DNA from: Candidatus Dormibacteria bacterium
GTDB lineage: Bacteria; Chloroflexota; Dormibacteria; Aeolococcales; Aeolococcaceae
Length of the DNA stretch: 64,000 nt
Direction of reading: 5' to 3'
NCBI GenBank assembly: GCA_049964715.1
Contig: JBMFXB010000001.1
Coordinates: 34,085-98,084, forward strand
The notes beneath the pieces were generated by a model, which was given only the letters and a program-made list of their open reading frames with translations, made no database searches and was not told the DNA's origin. Both the position numbers and the translations under genes were made by a program. Of the stretch, positions 18,505 through 28,594 are shown one piece after another (positions within the stretch are counted from its first letter, which is position 1; each line of letters starts with the position of its first letter).

Positions 18505-19815
18505 ATGCGGACTGTGGAAATTCTCGAAAAAAAGCGAGACGGTGATTCTCTTCATGCAGACGAGATCCGCTTTCTCATCGATGGGTACTGTCACGGCACG
18601 ATTCCTGACTACCAGATGGCAGCGTTTGCCATGGCTGTTGTCTGGCATGGCATGAGCTTTGAAGAAACACTCGCGCTCACCACAGCCATGATCGACTCCG
18701 GTGACACGATTGACTGCAGGGGTCTTGGCAAGAAATCAATCGACAAACACTCAACCGGTGGCGTCGGGGACAAGACAACTCTCGTTGTTGCGCCCCTTGT
18801 CGCATCCCTCGGCTATGCAGTTCCGAAGCTCAGTGGCAGGGGTCTTGGTCATACAGGTGGAACTCTCGACAAGCTCGAGTCAATACCTGGATACCAGACT
18901 TCTCTCGACCAGAATGCATTTCTAGATATCGTCCGTCGCATTGGCGTCGCAGTAGCAAGTCCAACGGAAAACATCGTTCCAGCTGATAAACTCCTGTACG
19001 CCCTCCGGGATGCAACTGCAACAGTCCGATCCCTTCCCCTCATTGCCTCTTCGATCATGAGCAAGAAGCTGGCTGTCGCCACAGATGCTATCTCTCTCGA
19101 TGTGAAGGTAGGTGAAGGAGCATTCTTCCGTACAATCGACGAGGCTCGGGAATTTGCCCATCTTGCAATCCGCATTGGTGACACAATGGGACGACGAGTC
19201 CATTGCATGCTTTCTGCAATGGATGCTCCTCTTGGAAATGCAATCGGAAATGCCCTTGAGGTACAGGAGGCTATCGCAACCCTTCACGGTATGGGACCAG
19301 TGGACTTTGTAGCTGTCTGTGAGTCCGCTGCACTTTCAATGCTCCATGCCTTAGAACCTGGACTCGATGAGGAGGAGGGAATGTCCCGCATACGGGAAGC
19401 GATTCATTCCGGACAAGCCTGGAATGTCTTTAGGGAGTGGATTGCTGCACAGGGTGGTGACATCCGTACCCTCGATGATCCTTCACTACTCCCACATGCC
19501 TCACGCATTATTGATGTACCAGCTCCCCACGATGGAACCGTGAGTGCTGTTCATGCACTTATGCTCGGGCACCTTGCCATGACACTTGGAGCAGGCCGAG
19601 AGACCAAAGAGGACTCCATCGACCCGAGTGCAGGCATCATTCTTCACGTACATCCCGGTTCATCAGTCAGTTCAGGTGATACTCTTGCGACGCTGTACAC
19701 AAACGTGGAAGGGGATGAAGCCCCCTGGATAGACCACCTACGTGCATCCTGTCCCCTTGCAACCATACCGGCCCACTCTGCACCATCCCCCATCCTGGAA
19801 ATGATTGGTGCATGA
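18505..19815 (+). CDS. deoA: Thymidine/pyrimidine-nucleoside phosphorylase
   Basis: ATG at 18505 with AAGGAG 8 nt upstream. MRTVEILEKKRDG...HSTGGVGDKTT...SGRGLGHTGGTLDKLE are signature motifs. Confidence 0.9.
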   Translation: MRTVEILEKKRDGDSLHADEIRFLIDGYCHGTIPDYQMAAFAMAVVWHGMSFEETLALTTAMIDSGDTIDCRGLGKKSIDKHSTGGVGDKTTLVVAPLVASLGYAVPKLSGRGLGHTGGTLDKLESIPGYQTSLDQNAFLDIVRRIGVAVASPTENIVPADKLLYALRDATATVRSLPLIASSIMSKKLAVATDAISLDVKVGEGAFFRTIDEAREFAHLAIRIGDTMGRRVHCMLSAMDAPLGNAIGNALEVQEAIATLHGMGPVDFVAVCESAALSMLHALEPGLDEEEGMSRIREAIHSGQAWNVFREWIAAQGGDIRTLDDPSLLPHASRIIDVPAPHDGTVSAVHALMLGHLAMTLGAGRETKEDSIDPSAGIILHVHPGSSVSSGDTLATLYTNVEGDEAPWIDHLRASCPLATIPAHSAPSPILEMIGA

Positions 19816-19825
19816 GCGCGTAATA

Positions 19826-20275
19826 TTACCTGCTTCGAGAAAAGACAAAGGGAATTGGGAGGAGGTCACTCAGTGGATGCACCTTCCAGTGTCCTTCTTC
19901 CACAAACATCACGGGGGTATCAGGGCCAGCGAATTCTGCAATGACCTGCCTGCATGCTCCACATGGTGACGTGGTAAAGGCAGTTCCATACACAGCAATG
20001 CGTATGATTCGCATTGTAGGTCCTTCGTTCACAACTGCCGAGAACACTGCAGTACGTTCTGCACACACTGTCAATCCATAACTTCCATTCTCGACATTGC
20101 ACCCACCAACAACAGCTCCCTTGGCTGTGAGTAATGCTGCACCAACTGGAAATGCAGATGCAGGAATGTATGCATGATCACTAACAGCGACAGCCTGTTC
20201 ACCCAGCTCCTTCCACATGGAGTCATCGAGTGTGGCGAGTTCGGCAAGAAGGGTATCTCTATGTGTCAGATCCAT
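19826..20275 (-). CDS. cdd: Cytidine deaminase
   Basis: Zinc-binding motifs CAERTAV and PCGACRQV. ~150 aa from MDLTHRD. Confidence 0.85.
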   Translation of the reverse strand: MDLTHRDTLLAELATLDDSMWKELGEQAVAVSDHAYIPASAFPVGAALLTAKGAVVGGCNVENGSYGLTVCAERTAVFSAVVNEGPTMRIIRIAVYGTAFTTSPCGACRQVIAEFAGPDTPVMFVEEGHWKVHPLSDLLPIPFVFSRSR

Positions 20276-21503
20276 GGACTCCGGTTTCTTGTGCTGGTAT
20301 GACTGGTACAGATGTCGGTGCAATACCGAACAGTTCCCAAAGAGAATCCACGACACCTCTCAGAGACAGTCCTTCAGCACCAACTGAAGCATGTGATCGG
20401 TCAATTCTCCCTGCTATCTCTTTAGAAGCACTCACTGTATCGAGATCATCGCGGAGGTGAGCCTTGACGTTCGCTGTGAGTTCGTTCGCTTCGTGTTGTG
20501 ATATGCGGATGTCACCATTGCACAGTTCATCAAGACGCCTGAACTCGTCTGTTATCTCCTCAAATTGTGCTGCTTCGTATTCCCAGGAGGTCCGATAATG
20601 GAACTGTGAAAGGAAGTATCGAACAGCCCGTGCTCCCTTTCGTGCACGAAGGTCACGTGCAAATACGAGGTTTCCAAGAGACTTGCTCATCTTTTCTCCC
20701 TCATAGCCAACATGTGACACATGTGCCCAGTACCGAACGAACGAGACAGCAGGCCTGCATGCCTCTGCCTGGGCTGCCTCGGATTCATGGTGGGGATAGA
20801 TGAGATCTTCTCCACCTCCATGAATGTCCACAGGTAGGCCAAGGAGAGTCTCCGCAAGTGTGGAGCACTCGATATGCCAACCTGGACGACCACGACTCCA
20901 TGGAGCATCCCAACTTTTCTCTCCAGGACCCTCAGGTTGCCAAAGTATGAAATCAAGAGGATTCCGTTTGTTTGGATCATCCGGGTTTGCCCCCCGCTCC
21001 CGTGACAGCGAGATCATTGTAGGAGTGTCGTAGTGGGAAACTTGCCCGTATCGAGGAAATGCATCAACCGAGAAGTACACCGTGCCATCGACAACGTACG
21101 CTGCACTACAAGCAACAAGCTCTGCAACCCGTGCAATCATTGCCTCAATCGCTTCCGATGCATACGGCTCATACGTGACAGGAGACATGTTCAAAGCATG
21201 GCAGTCTGCATGAAAGATCTCCATCTCTGATGCTACAAGACTATCAACAGAAACGTTCCGTTCCCGGCTCACCCGAAAGATGTCATCGTCCACATCCGTG
21301 ATGTTTCTCACACTCCTGACTGTATGTCCATCATGCTGTAGCATTCTCGTCAGTACATCAAATGTGTGGTACGTGAAGGCATGTCCAAGATGTGTTGCAG
21401 CATAAGGCGTTATGCCACAAACGTAGAGTGAGACCTCGTGACCAAGGTCGAGTTGTTGTTTTGATGAGGATGCTGTGTTGTAGAGTTCCATGTACAGCTT
21501 CAT
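20259..21503 (-). CDS. mshC: L-cysteine:1D-myo-inositol 2-amino-2-deoxy-alpha-D-glucopyranoside ligase (MshC, mycothiol ligase), a CysRS paralog lacking the anticodon-binding domain
   Basis: LYVCGITPYAATHLGHAFTYHTFDV, RGRPGWHIECS and KMSKSLGN. Length ~415 aa. These motifs match MshC rather than canonical CysRS. Confidence 0.8.
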   Translation of the reverse strand: MKLYMELYNTASSSKQQLDLGHEVSLYVCGITPYAATHLGHAFTYHTFDVLTRMLQHDGHTVRSVRNITDVDDDIFRVSRERNVSVDSLVASEMEIFHADCHALNMSPVTYEPYASEAIEAMIARVAELVACSAAYVVDGTVYFSVDAFPRYGQVSHYDTPTMISLSRERGANPDDPNKRNPLDFILWQPEGPGEKSWDAPWSRGRPGWHIECSTLAETLLGLPVDIHGGGEDLIYPHHESEAAQAEACRPAVSFVRYWAHVSHVGYEGEKMSKSLGNLVFARDLRARKGARAVRYFLSQFHYRTSWEYEAAQFEEITDEFRRLDELCNGDIRISQHEANELTANVKAHLRDDLDTVSASKEIAGRIDRSHASVGAEGLSLRGVVDSLWELFGIAPTSVPVIPAQETGVHGSDT

Positions 21504-21578
21504 TGTACGTGAGCACTCATGGGATACTAGAACGCGACACGATCTGTCAGATACTTGGCAATACGAGGGAGATACGCT

Positions 21579-22499
21579 ATGAAACTCGGGCTTCAGGTTC
21601 CTGACTTCACGTGGGAAGGTGGTCCGTCCCATATCGCTGACCATCTCCGCTCTATCGCTCTTCGTGCTGAAGAAGCAGGAATGGCAAGTATCTGGTTCAT
21701 GGATCACTTCTTCCAGATCTCAATGGTCGGACCAGCAGAACATGAAATGCTCGAAGGCTGGACAACACTCGGATTCGTTGCTGGCATCACCTCACGCATA
21801 ACACTCGGAACCATGGTTACTGGTGTCACGTACCGCAATCCTGCTCATCTCGTGAAGATTGCAACCACACTTGATGTCCTGAGTCAGGGCCGTGCATATC
21901 TTGGTATTGGAGCTGCATGGAATGAAGAAGAGCACCGTGGATATGGTTTCTCCTTCCCCCCACTTGGTGAGCGGTTTGAACGACTTGAGGAGACACTTCG
22001 GATCGCACACCAGATGTGGAAGGACAATGATTCGCCGTTCCACGGTACCCACTATTCACTGGAGCGTCCCCTGAACCATCCCCAGCCTCTTCACACACCC
22101 CACCCCCCAATCCTCATTGGGGGATCTGGTGAACAAAAGACCCTTCGTCTTGTTGCAGAGTATGCTGATGCCTGTAACCTCTTTGGCCATGCTGGTGCAT
22201 CAGTCGTCGCTCACAAGCTTGATGTCCTTCGCGAACACTGCGAACATGTCGAAAGAAACTACGATGAAATTGAGAAAACAGTCCTTCTCCCTGTGACACT
22301 TACACGAGATGGACGCAATGGTTCCATGACTCCTGAAGTCTTTCTTGAACTCCTCAGTCCTTTTCATGAATTGGGTGTGACCCATGTCATCACAAGCTTC
22401 AAGAATGTAACGAGTGAAGAGCCTTTTGCTCTCGTACGGGATGACATCATGCCTGAACTCAACAGGCACTTCTCTTCCACAACAGAACACCATCCCTAG
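21579..22499 (+). CDS. Luciferase-like monooxygenase (LLM) family, F420-dependent oxidoreductase-type
   Basis: MKLGLQVPDF start after GAGGGAG. TIM-barrel LLM motifs WFMDHF, LGIGAAWNEEEH and ILIGGSGE. Confidence 0.8.
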   Translation: MKLGLQVPDFTWEGGPSHIADHLRSIALRAEEAGMASIWFMDHFFQISMVGPAEHEMLEGWTTLGFVAGITSRITLGTMVTGVTYRNPAHLVKIATTLDVLSQGRAYLGIGAAWNEEEHRGYGFSFPPLGERFERLEETLRIAHQMWKDNDSPFHGTHYSLERPLNHPQPLHTPHPPILIGGSGEQKTLRLVAEYADACNLFGHAGASVVAHKLDVLREHCEHVERNYDEIEKTVLLPVTLTRDGRNGSMTPEVFLELLSPFHELGVTHVITSFKNVTSEEPFALVRDDIMPELNRHFSSTTEHHP

Positions 22500-22569
22500 A
22501 GATTCCATGGTGCGACCCTCGCTGTGTACATGTTGTACGATAAGCTGGCGCCAACAAGCGTTCACATGA

Positions 22570-22648
22570 GGCCCCGTGGTGTAGCCTGGTCAAACACGCC
22601 ACCCTGTCAAGGTGGAGAACGTCGGTTCAAATCCGATCGGGGTCGCCA
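22570..22648 (+). tRNA. tRNA-Asp (anticodon GTC)
   Basis: Cloverleaf read directly: acceptor GGCCCCG/CGGGGTC, anticodon loop CT-GTC-AA, T-arm GGTTCAAATCC, 3' GCCA. Confidence 0.88.
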
Positions 22649-22659
22649 GTCTCTCGCTT

Positions 22660-22690
22660 GTGTGAGGTTCCTCTCAGGAGGCCTCCTTTT
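22660..22690 (+). terminator. Putative intrinsic terminator for tRNA-Asp (GGAGGCCTCC hairpin + T7). Overlaps the 3' coding end of the convergent gene
   Basis: gaggttcctctcaggaggcctccttttttt immediately after the tRNA. Confidence 0.4.
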
Positions 22691-23330
22691 TTTGCGGAAT
22701 TGATGCATTGACTGTTCTCACAATGACATCAACCAGTCCATCATAGAATGCCTGACGTTCCTCAGCCTCCTGGGCTGGATCACTCCACTCCGCAACCACA
22801 CGGTGTCGAATCCATGGAGCCATTCTTCGCACAACAACACCATCATTCACTCGCGCAGTGACAACGGAATCGTGGTGCTCATCTACTGCAATTGCAACAC
22901 TCACAATCTTCTTTCCCTCAGCCCTCAGTGTCCACTTCCGCTCCCATCGTGGTGTACCGGAGACTCCCACTGCTCGACGAATGGCATATACCTGGATGGT
23001 TGCCTGCTCCAATTCGCTTCCAAGTGCAAGAAGGTACATGCGAACGTGCTCATCAACATGATCACCTACCCACACTGCCAGTGCTGGAGCACGAAGATTG
23101 AGTGCAGGACGTTCAGTATCTTCAACGTTTTCATCGAGTGCACGTGCGATACCTGCATGGCGGACACAATACACATGTCCATTCACCTCAATCCTGTGAT
23201 CCGCACACCACACTGAGGCACACTGATTCCCGTTGGGATCTGTAAATTCACACTGATCGATAACGGGATTCAGACACCCGTATCGAAAGCAACGAGTGCG
23301 TGAAGGAGAAGGTGCTGCATCAGTACTCAT
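22674..23330 (-). CDS. Hypothetical protein with Cys-rich (zinc-ribbon-like) N-terminal region
   Basis: 218-aa ORF. CFRYGCLNPVIDQCEFTDPNGNQCASVWCADHRIEVNGHVYCVRH. No family recognised. Confidence 0.5.
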   Translation of the reverse strand: MSTDAAPSPSRTRCFRYGCLNPVIDQCEFTDPNGNQCASVWCADHRIEVNGHVYCVRHAGIARALDENVEDTERPALNLRAPALAVWVGDHVDEHVRMYLLALGSELEQATIQVYAIRRAVGVSGTPRWERKWTLRAEGKKIVSVAIAVDEHHDSVVTARVNDGVVVRRMAPWIRHRVVAEWSDPAQEAEERQAFYDGLVDVIVRTVNASIPQKKEAS

Positions 23331-23447
23331 ACGGCGAATCCCATCCTCTTCGAAGGTCCATCATATTGCTCTAGTGATGGGATTAAGCATACGGACTCTG
23401 CCAACATTTGCCGGCTCTGTACGAACAGTTGTGACATGCCAGCTCGT

Positions 23448-24764
23448 TCATGCTTCATGACGAAGATCCCCCTCAATTCCAAGGTCCCTGAGAAGCTTCT
23501 CCACCATGGCTGGATCAAGGGGGGTTTGAAAGCATGCATCAATGCCTTTCGTACCCAGTGCTGAACGTATTTCTTCGTCCTCCTGCACACACTGAGCAAA
23601 ATTTCGTTCCTGTGAGACAGCCTGAAACGAGAGAGCCTGCACTCTTGCATACGCATCCTCCCTCGACCAGTGCGCCTCAGCAATGAGTGCAAAGAGCACA
23701 CGCTGCGAATATTCTGTGCCATATCCAAGACCAAGATTTCGCGTGATATGGGATGTATCGACAGTCATGTGTTCAATGACTTCCCCGAGATCCTTTGCCA
23801 TGAATGTCACAAGTGCACATGCATCAGGAAGGATTACCCGTTCTGCAGAAGAGTGTGAGATATCCCGCTCGAACCACAACGGAATGTCCTCAAGAGCAGT
23901 TGCTGCATAGCCTCTCAATACTCGGGCAAGACCTGCAATACGTTCACTCCGCACAGGATTGCGTTTGTGGGGCATTGCTGATGACCCCTTTTGATGGATG
24001 CCAAAGGGCTCCATGAGCTCTCCCAGCTCTGTCTGTTGCGAGAGTCGAATGACAAGTGCAATGCGTTCCATCACACTTCCAAGTATTCCAATGGCACAAA
24101 CGTAAGATGCATACCTGTCTCGCGAGACCACCTGGGTCGCAGAAGATACCCGTGGCAAGCCAAGGTGAGAGGCAACCGTTTCCTCTATTGTCTCTGGAAG
24201 GGTAGCATACGTTCCCACTGCTCCACGAACCTTTGCAACACACACCTCATCCCGGGCACTTTCAAGTCGTGAACATGCATGAAGAAGTTCGTCCCGTACA
24301 ATTGCAAACCGGAGTCCGATAGTAACGACATCTGCATGCACTCCGTGCGTACGACCTATGCACCACGTGAAAGCCTCTCTTCGGGCTACGGAAGCGAGTG
24401 ATTCAACAAGCACTGCACAGGCTGCAGCAATGCACTCTGTTGCACGTCGCATGACAAGAGATGATGCAGTATCAAGCACATCAGAAGAGGTCACTCCAAG
24501 GTGTACGAACCTGCCATACGCACCCATTTGTTCCTGGACATGGGTGACAAACGCAGCAACATCATGCCGCTGTTCCTTTTCCAACTGTGCAACGCGTGCG
24601 GGATCGATGATTACCTGGCTTATTGCAGCCAATGCCCCTTCTGGTGCAGTTCCTGCCTTCACCCAACCACGAAGAATTTCACGCTCTACTACGAGCCACG
24701 AATTGAATTTCGATGCTTCGGAAAAACAGTCCCGAATTTCCTTGGTACTGTACCGTTCGATCAT
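23448..24764 (-). CDS. purB: Adenylosuccinate lyase
   Basis: Fumarate-lyase signature GSSAMPHKRNP. Length 438 aa. PurB-like N-terminus MIERYSTKEIRD. Confidence 0.9.
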   Translation of the reverse strand: MIERYSTKEIRDCFSEASKFNSWLVVEREILRGWVKAGTAPEGALAAISQVIIDPARVAQLEKEQRHDVAAFVTHVQEQMGAYGRFVHLGVTSSDVLDTASSLVMRRATECIAAACAVLVESLASVARREAFTWCIGRTHGVHADVVTIGLRFAIVRDELLHACSRLESARDEVCVAKVRGAVGTYATLPETIEETVASHLGLPRVSSATQVVSRDRYASYVCAIGILGSVMERIALVIRLSQQTELGELMEPFGIHQKGSSAMPHKRNPVRSERIAGLARVLRGYAATALEDIPLWFERDISHSSAERVILPDACALVTFMAKDLGEVIEHMTVDTSHITRNLGLGYGTEYSQRVLFALIAEAHWSREDAYARVQALSFQAVSQERNFAQCVQEDEEIRSALGTKGIDACFQTPLDPAMVEKLLRDLGIEGDLRHEA

Positions 24765-24815
24765 GGTTGCTCCCTCACTATTCGAACCTGCCCCAAATAG
24801 TCTACAGTTCAGACT

Positions 24816-25595
24816 ATGAAGTCACTTGTGGGGGACGTTTCAGGAGAGCCACTGCGCTTCCGGATTCGTCGTACATTCCTTCGAAGGGTGCATGCCCATT
24901 CCACACCTCCACATTGGCTCCCTGATGCAACTGATGTGTTTTGTCATGGAAAAGACACACAACCACCTGTCCTGTTCGAAACCGCACACTTCTATGCTGT
25001 GCCTGACAAGTTTCCCATTACGCCAGGACACATTCTCCTCATACCCAAGCACCATCTTCCCTGCTGGGCAGCGCTTTCTCCTTCCATGTACGGCGAATTC
25101 AAGGAAGCGCAAAACGTCCTGAAGACATTTATCCGTAGTGCGTATGGCAAAGAACCCATGCTCTGGGAAAATGGTGGTGCATGGCAGAGTGTGCACCATG
25201 CACATCTCCACTTTATTCCCATGCCGTCTTCAGTTCGAAAACTCCCCCCTCCCTATGTTGCAACTCCTGTCCGAAGCTGGAGAGATGTGCGAAGATGCTT
25301 TTTTTCTGGTGAATACTATCAGTACGCAGAGTACCGCGGTGACAAGCGTGTCTTTCCTGCAGGAAGTCCGGATCTGTATAGCCTGAGCCTTCTCAAGGTG
25401 AAGGCACTCAAGATTTCCATCGCTGCGAACGGCAAATCCTGGGTTCGCACCACGTCTCCGACAGACATTGCAGAGACTCTATCCCGGTGGAAGGCCTGGT
25501 CCCACGAACATGGACTGCCGAAGGGATTCAGCCAGGGCACTCCCTCCTCTGTTTGCCTTACACATACAATGCGGATAACGGAGCCCATGCTCTAG
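24816..25595 (+). CDS. HIT (histidine triad) family protein with C-terminal extension
   Basis: HHAHLHFIP histidine-triad motif. FETAHFYAVPDKFPITPGHILLIPKHH. Confidence 0.65.
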   Translation: MKSLVGDVSGEPLRFRIRRTFLRRVHAHSTPPHWLPDATDVFCHGKDTQPPVLFETAHFYAVPDKFPITPGHILLIPKHHLPCWAALSPSMYGEFKEAQNVLKTFIRSAYGKEPMLWENGGAWQSVHHAHLHFIPMPSSVRKLPPPYVATPVRSWRDVRRCFFSGEYYQYAEYRGDKRVFPAGSPDLYSLSLLKVKALKISIAANGKSWVRTTSPTDIAETLSRWKAWSHEHGLPKGFSQGTPSSVCLTHTMRITEPML

Positions 25596-25727
25596 AATTC
25601 CTGTCCGCACACCACCTGCATTGTTGCATGCTGCTGGTGCGAGAAATCGTCCTGTACAACGACTCACCTCCTGCACTGCTAGGAAGTGGAAAAGAGATGT
25701 CACACTTGACGAGTGCACAGGCTTAAG

Positions 25728-26939
25728 TTATCCAACAACAGCATGCCCGCTCGTTGTTTCCTGCATGTGTTCTGCCTCGGGAAGAAGCTTCTTTCCGACA
25801 ACAGGAAAAACAAGTGCAGACAATGTTGCAGTAACGATCATTGCAGCACCCGTTTGCACAGAGAGAATTCCTGCTGACCGACCAAGCTCGGCTGTCGTAA
25901 TAAGGAGGGTGAGTGGTGCCATAAGCAGCATGGAACCTGATGCACTGAGGCGTAACGAATTTCCTCTCCACATGAGGAAGGGAATGAGCAGCAAGCGGGG
26001 GAGAAAAAGCACCACCAGAACAAGTCCTACAAGAGGTAACAAGGCAATAAGGCTAAGGTGAAGTGGTGTCTGCAGCCCAACGGACAGAAAGAACAATGGA
26101 ATAAAAAAACTATTGGCAACACTCGTAAGTCGTTCGACAATAGCCTTTGCATTTCCCATTACTGTCCGGAAAATGATTCCTGCCATGAGTGCTCCAAGTA
26201 CATCTGGAATTTTGATAAAAGACGTTCCAGCAACTATGAAAAACATGAGGGCAAATGTTCCCCGAAGGCCAAGTTCAATAGGATCATCCCTTCGAAAAAA
26301 GCGCTGAAAATGATGTGGAATGCGCGTTCTGAGCTTTCTAATGACCACTGCCACTGCCACTGCGAGAAGCACTAGTGCAGATGTCCGAAGTCCAACAATT
26401 ACTGCAACTGTATGGAGACTATGATTGGCAGAAGCTGCAACAAAGTTGAGAGCAATGATGTAGCTGAACTCTGCAACCGAACCAACGAGGAGGACCTCCT
26501 TGGCAAATGAAGAGTTTAGTATTCCCTGGGAATAGAGAACAGGGGCAGTGATTCCTACAGAAGTTGCAGCCCCACACAGCACCCAGAACGGTGATGCATT
26601 GAGGACACTGCCAAGCAGGAATTGTGAAGTGGCAAGGCTTACGACAAACAGGAGTACTCCAGCGACAATGGACCGCTTCGATCCCTTCCAGATTGATCGC
26701 AGATCCAGCTCCACTCCAACAAGAAACATGAGAATAATGAATCCCAGAGCCCCCAACGATGCAATGAATGTGCCCGATGCATAGGTTGAACTGGGAAGAA
26801 CCCATCCCAAAGCAAGTCCAACAACAAGCTCCAGTACTGCCCCAGGAATGCCGACTCTTTCAGCAAGGAGTGGTGCAGCAAATGCTGCAACTGCAAGAAC
26901 TGCAAGAGCAGTACCCACAAGTGGGGTCATGATGTCCAC
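25728..26939 (-). CDS. Cation:proton antiporter (Na+/H+ exchanger, CPA family)
   Basis: 403 aa polytopic. MDIMTPLVGTALAVLAVAAF...GLALGWVLP N-terminal helices typical of Na_H_Exchanger. Confidence 0.8.
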   Translation of the reverse strand: MDIMTPLVGTALAVLAVAAFAAPLLAERVGIPGAVLELVVGLALGWVLPSSTYASGTFIASLGALGFIILMFLVGVELDLRSIWKGSKRSIVAGVLLFVVSLATSQFLLGSVLNASPFWVLCGAATSVGITAPVLYSQGILNSSFAKEVLLVGSVAEFSYIIALNFVAASANHSLHTVAVIVGLRTSALVLLAVAVAVVIRKLRTRIPHHFQRFFRRDDPIELGLRGTFALMFFIVAGTSFIKIPDVLGALMAGIIFRTVMGNAKAIVERLTSVANSFFIPLFFLSVGLQTPLHLSLIALLPLVGLVLVVLFLPRLLLIPFLMWRGNSLRLSASGSMLLMAPLTLLITTAELGRSAGILSVQTGAAMIVTATLSALVFPVVGKKLLPEAEHMQETTSGHAVVG

Positions 26940-27156
26940 TCCTCTGTCTTGGCCTATGTACCAGCACGCACCATTGGATTGTGTACTTGGGGACAGTGCT
27001 GCATACGGTCGGTCTCAATCTACCCGCGTCCAGTATAGATAAACCGATAGTTCACGATACTGTCACGTCCCGTGCATACAGTGAAGATGAGTATCTTCAT
27101 TCTCCAATGGAGGGCCGTATTATTCAGTATGCTAACGAAAGAATCAGCTTTCCATA

Positions 27157-27936
27157 TTGGAACTGTGCATGACTTCTGCGCTAGCCCGACCGCATCCCCA
27201 GCTTATTGTTGCCCACCGAGGTGCACGTCAACATGCACCAGAAAACACTATGCGGGCATTCGAGGAAGCATACAAATGCGGTGCGGATATGATCGAATGC
27301 GACCTTCGAATGCTTGGTGATGGGACGCTTGTCATCATGCATGACGGGTTCGTGGGACGAAAACTTCTTCGTACGTTGACGTACGAAGAACTAAAGGCTT
27401 CGTGCCTCCCTGCTGCTGTCCCTCCAACTTTGGAGGAGGTTCTCCAGTACTGCGCTACGACTGGCATGCTACTTGACCTCGAACTCAAGGAAGGGGGGTA
27501 TGAACGGAACGTATTGGCTGTGCTGGATCAATACCTTCCTCGTTCACAGGTGCTCATCACATCCTTCAAGGATGCTGTCATTGCAACAGTCACGACACTT
27601 GATCCTTCATGGCATACAGGACTCCTCCTTGATATGCCACGTTCCAGGTCACCACGACAGCCCTCAAGGTCCCTACTTGAACGACGCATTGCCTGTGGTG
27701 CTGAATATCTGGTCCTCCAGCGTTCGCTGTATAGACTTCGTCCCACATTCATCCGTCAGCTTGAGGTGGACAAGGTTCCCTTTCTCGTGTGGACAGTGAA
27801 CCACAAGCGGAGTCTTGCCCGGTTGTTTGGTGACCGCAAAGTGCACGGCATCATTACGGACCGTCCCGATGTTGCACGCATCATCCGTGATCGACTTGAA
27901 TCTCGGAAAGCACTCCAGGGAAAGGAGCTTGCATGA
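27157..27936 (+). CDS. Glycerophosphodiester phosphodiesterase (GDPD family)
   Basis: LIVAHRGARQHAPENTMRAFEEAYKCGADMIECDLR...VIMHD motifs. Confidence 0.8.
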   Translation: MELCMTSALARPHPQLIVAHRGARQHAPENTMRAFEEAYKCGADMIECDLRMLGDGTLVIMHDGFVGRKLLRTLTYEELKASCLPAAVPPTLEEVLQYCATTGMLLDLELKEGGYERNVLAVLDQYLPRSQVLITSFKDAVIATVTTLDPSWHTGLLLDMPRSRSPRQPSRSLLERRIACGAEYLVLQRSLYRLRPTFIRQLEVDKVPFLVWTVNHKRSLARLFGDRKVHGIITDRPDVARIIRDRLESRKALQGKELA

Positions 27937-28027
27937 AAACGTATATACCGCAACCTCACACTGCCCACCTGCGTAACTACCGACAACATATGTCCGTTTT
28001 ACCTTCAGAGTAGAGAGAACACCGCTC

Positions 28028-28594
28028 ATGGCTGTACCACGCGACGAAGAAGAGCAGCTCGTTCGCAATGCTCAAGACAATCCAGAAGCTTTTGGAAAGC
28101 TGTACGACCACTACGTTGATCAGATGTATCGATACATTTACAGTCGCGTTCACTCACATGAAGTCGCTGAGGACATTACATCCGAAGTGTTCTTCAAGGC
28201 ACTCCGTGCCATTGGACGGTACAAACCCTCTGGTTCGCCATTCAGTGCATGGCTGTACCAGATCAGCTCGAATGCAATCACAGACTATTACCGTTCCCAC
28301 CACGTCATGACTCCCATTGATGATGCCATTGCTGTCAGGGATCCTGCCCGACCCGTTAGTGATGAAGTCACTTCCCGGGAAGAGGCACGGCGAATTTGGG
28401 GATTTATTGATACTCTCCCGCCTCAGCAACGTACAGCTCTCACTCTCAAACTCGGAGAAGATCTCAAGCTTTCACAGATTGGAGAGATCATGGGGAAGAG
28501 CGAGGGCGCAGTGAAGCTTCTCATTCACCGTGGCATGACCACACTCAAAGGCATACTCCAAGCTCATGCTCAGGAGGAGGGGACACCGACATGA
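28028..28594 (+). CDS. ECF-type RNA polymerase sigma-70 factor
   Basis: Region 2 (YRYIYSRVHSHEVAEDITSEVF) and region 4 (LPPQQRTALTLKLGEDLKLSQIGEIMGKSEGAVK). Confidence 0.8.
   Translation: MAVPRDEEEQLVRNAQDNPEAFGKLYDHYVDQMYRYIYSRVHSHEVAEDITSEVFFKALRAIGRYKPSGSPFSAWLYQISSNAITDYYRSHHVMTPIDDAIAVRDPARPVSDEVTSREEARRIWGFIDTLPPQQRTALTLKLGEDLKLSQIGEIMGKSEGAVKLLIHRGMTTLKGILQAHAQEEGTPT

Noticed and set aside
22660-22690. Considered as a purely intergenic bidirectional terminator
   Set aside because: The hairpin/T-tract actually encodes the last codons (…KKEAS*) of the convergent minus-strand gene. It is kept only as a low-confidence tRNA terminator.
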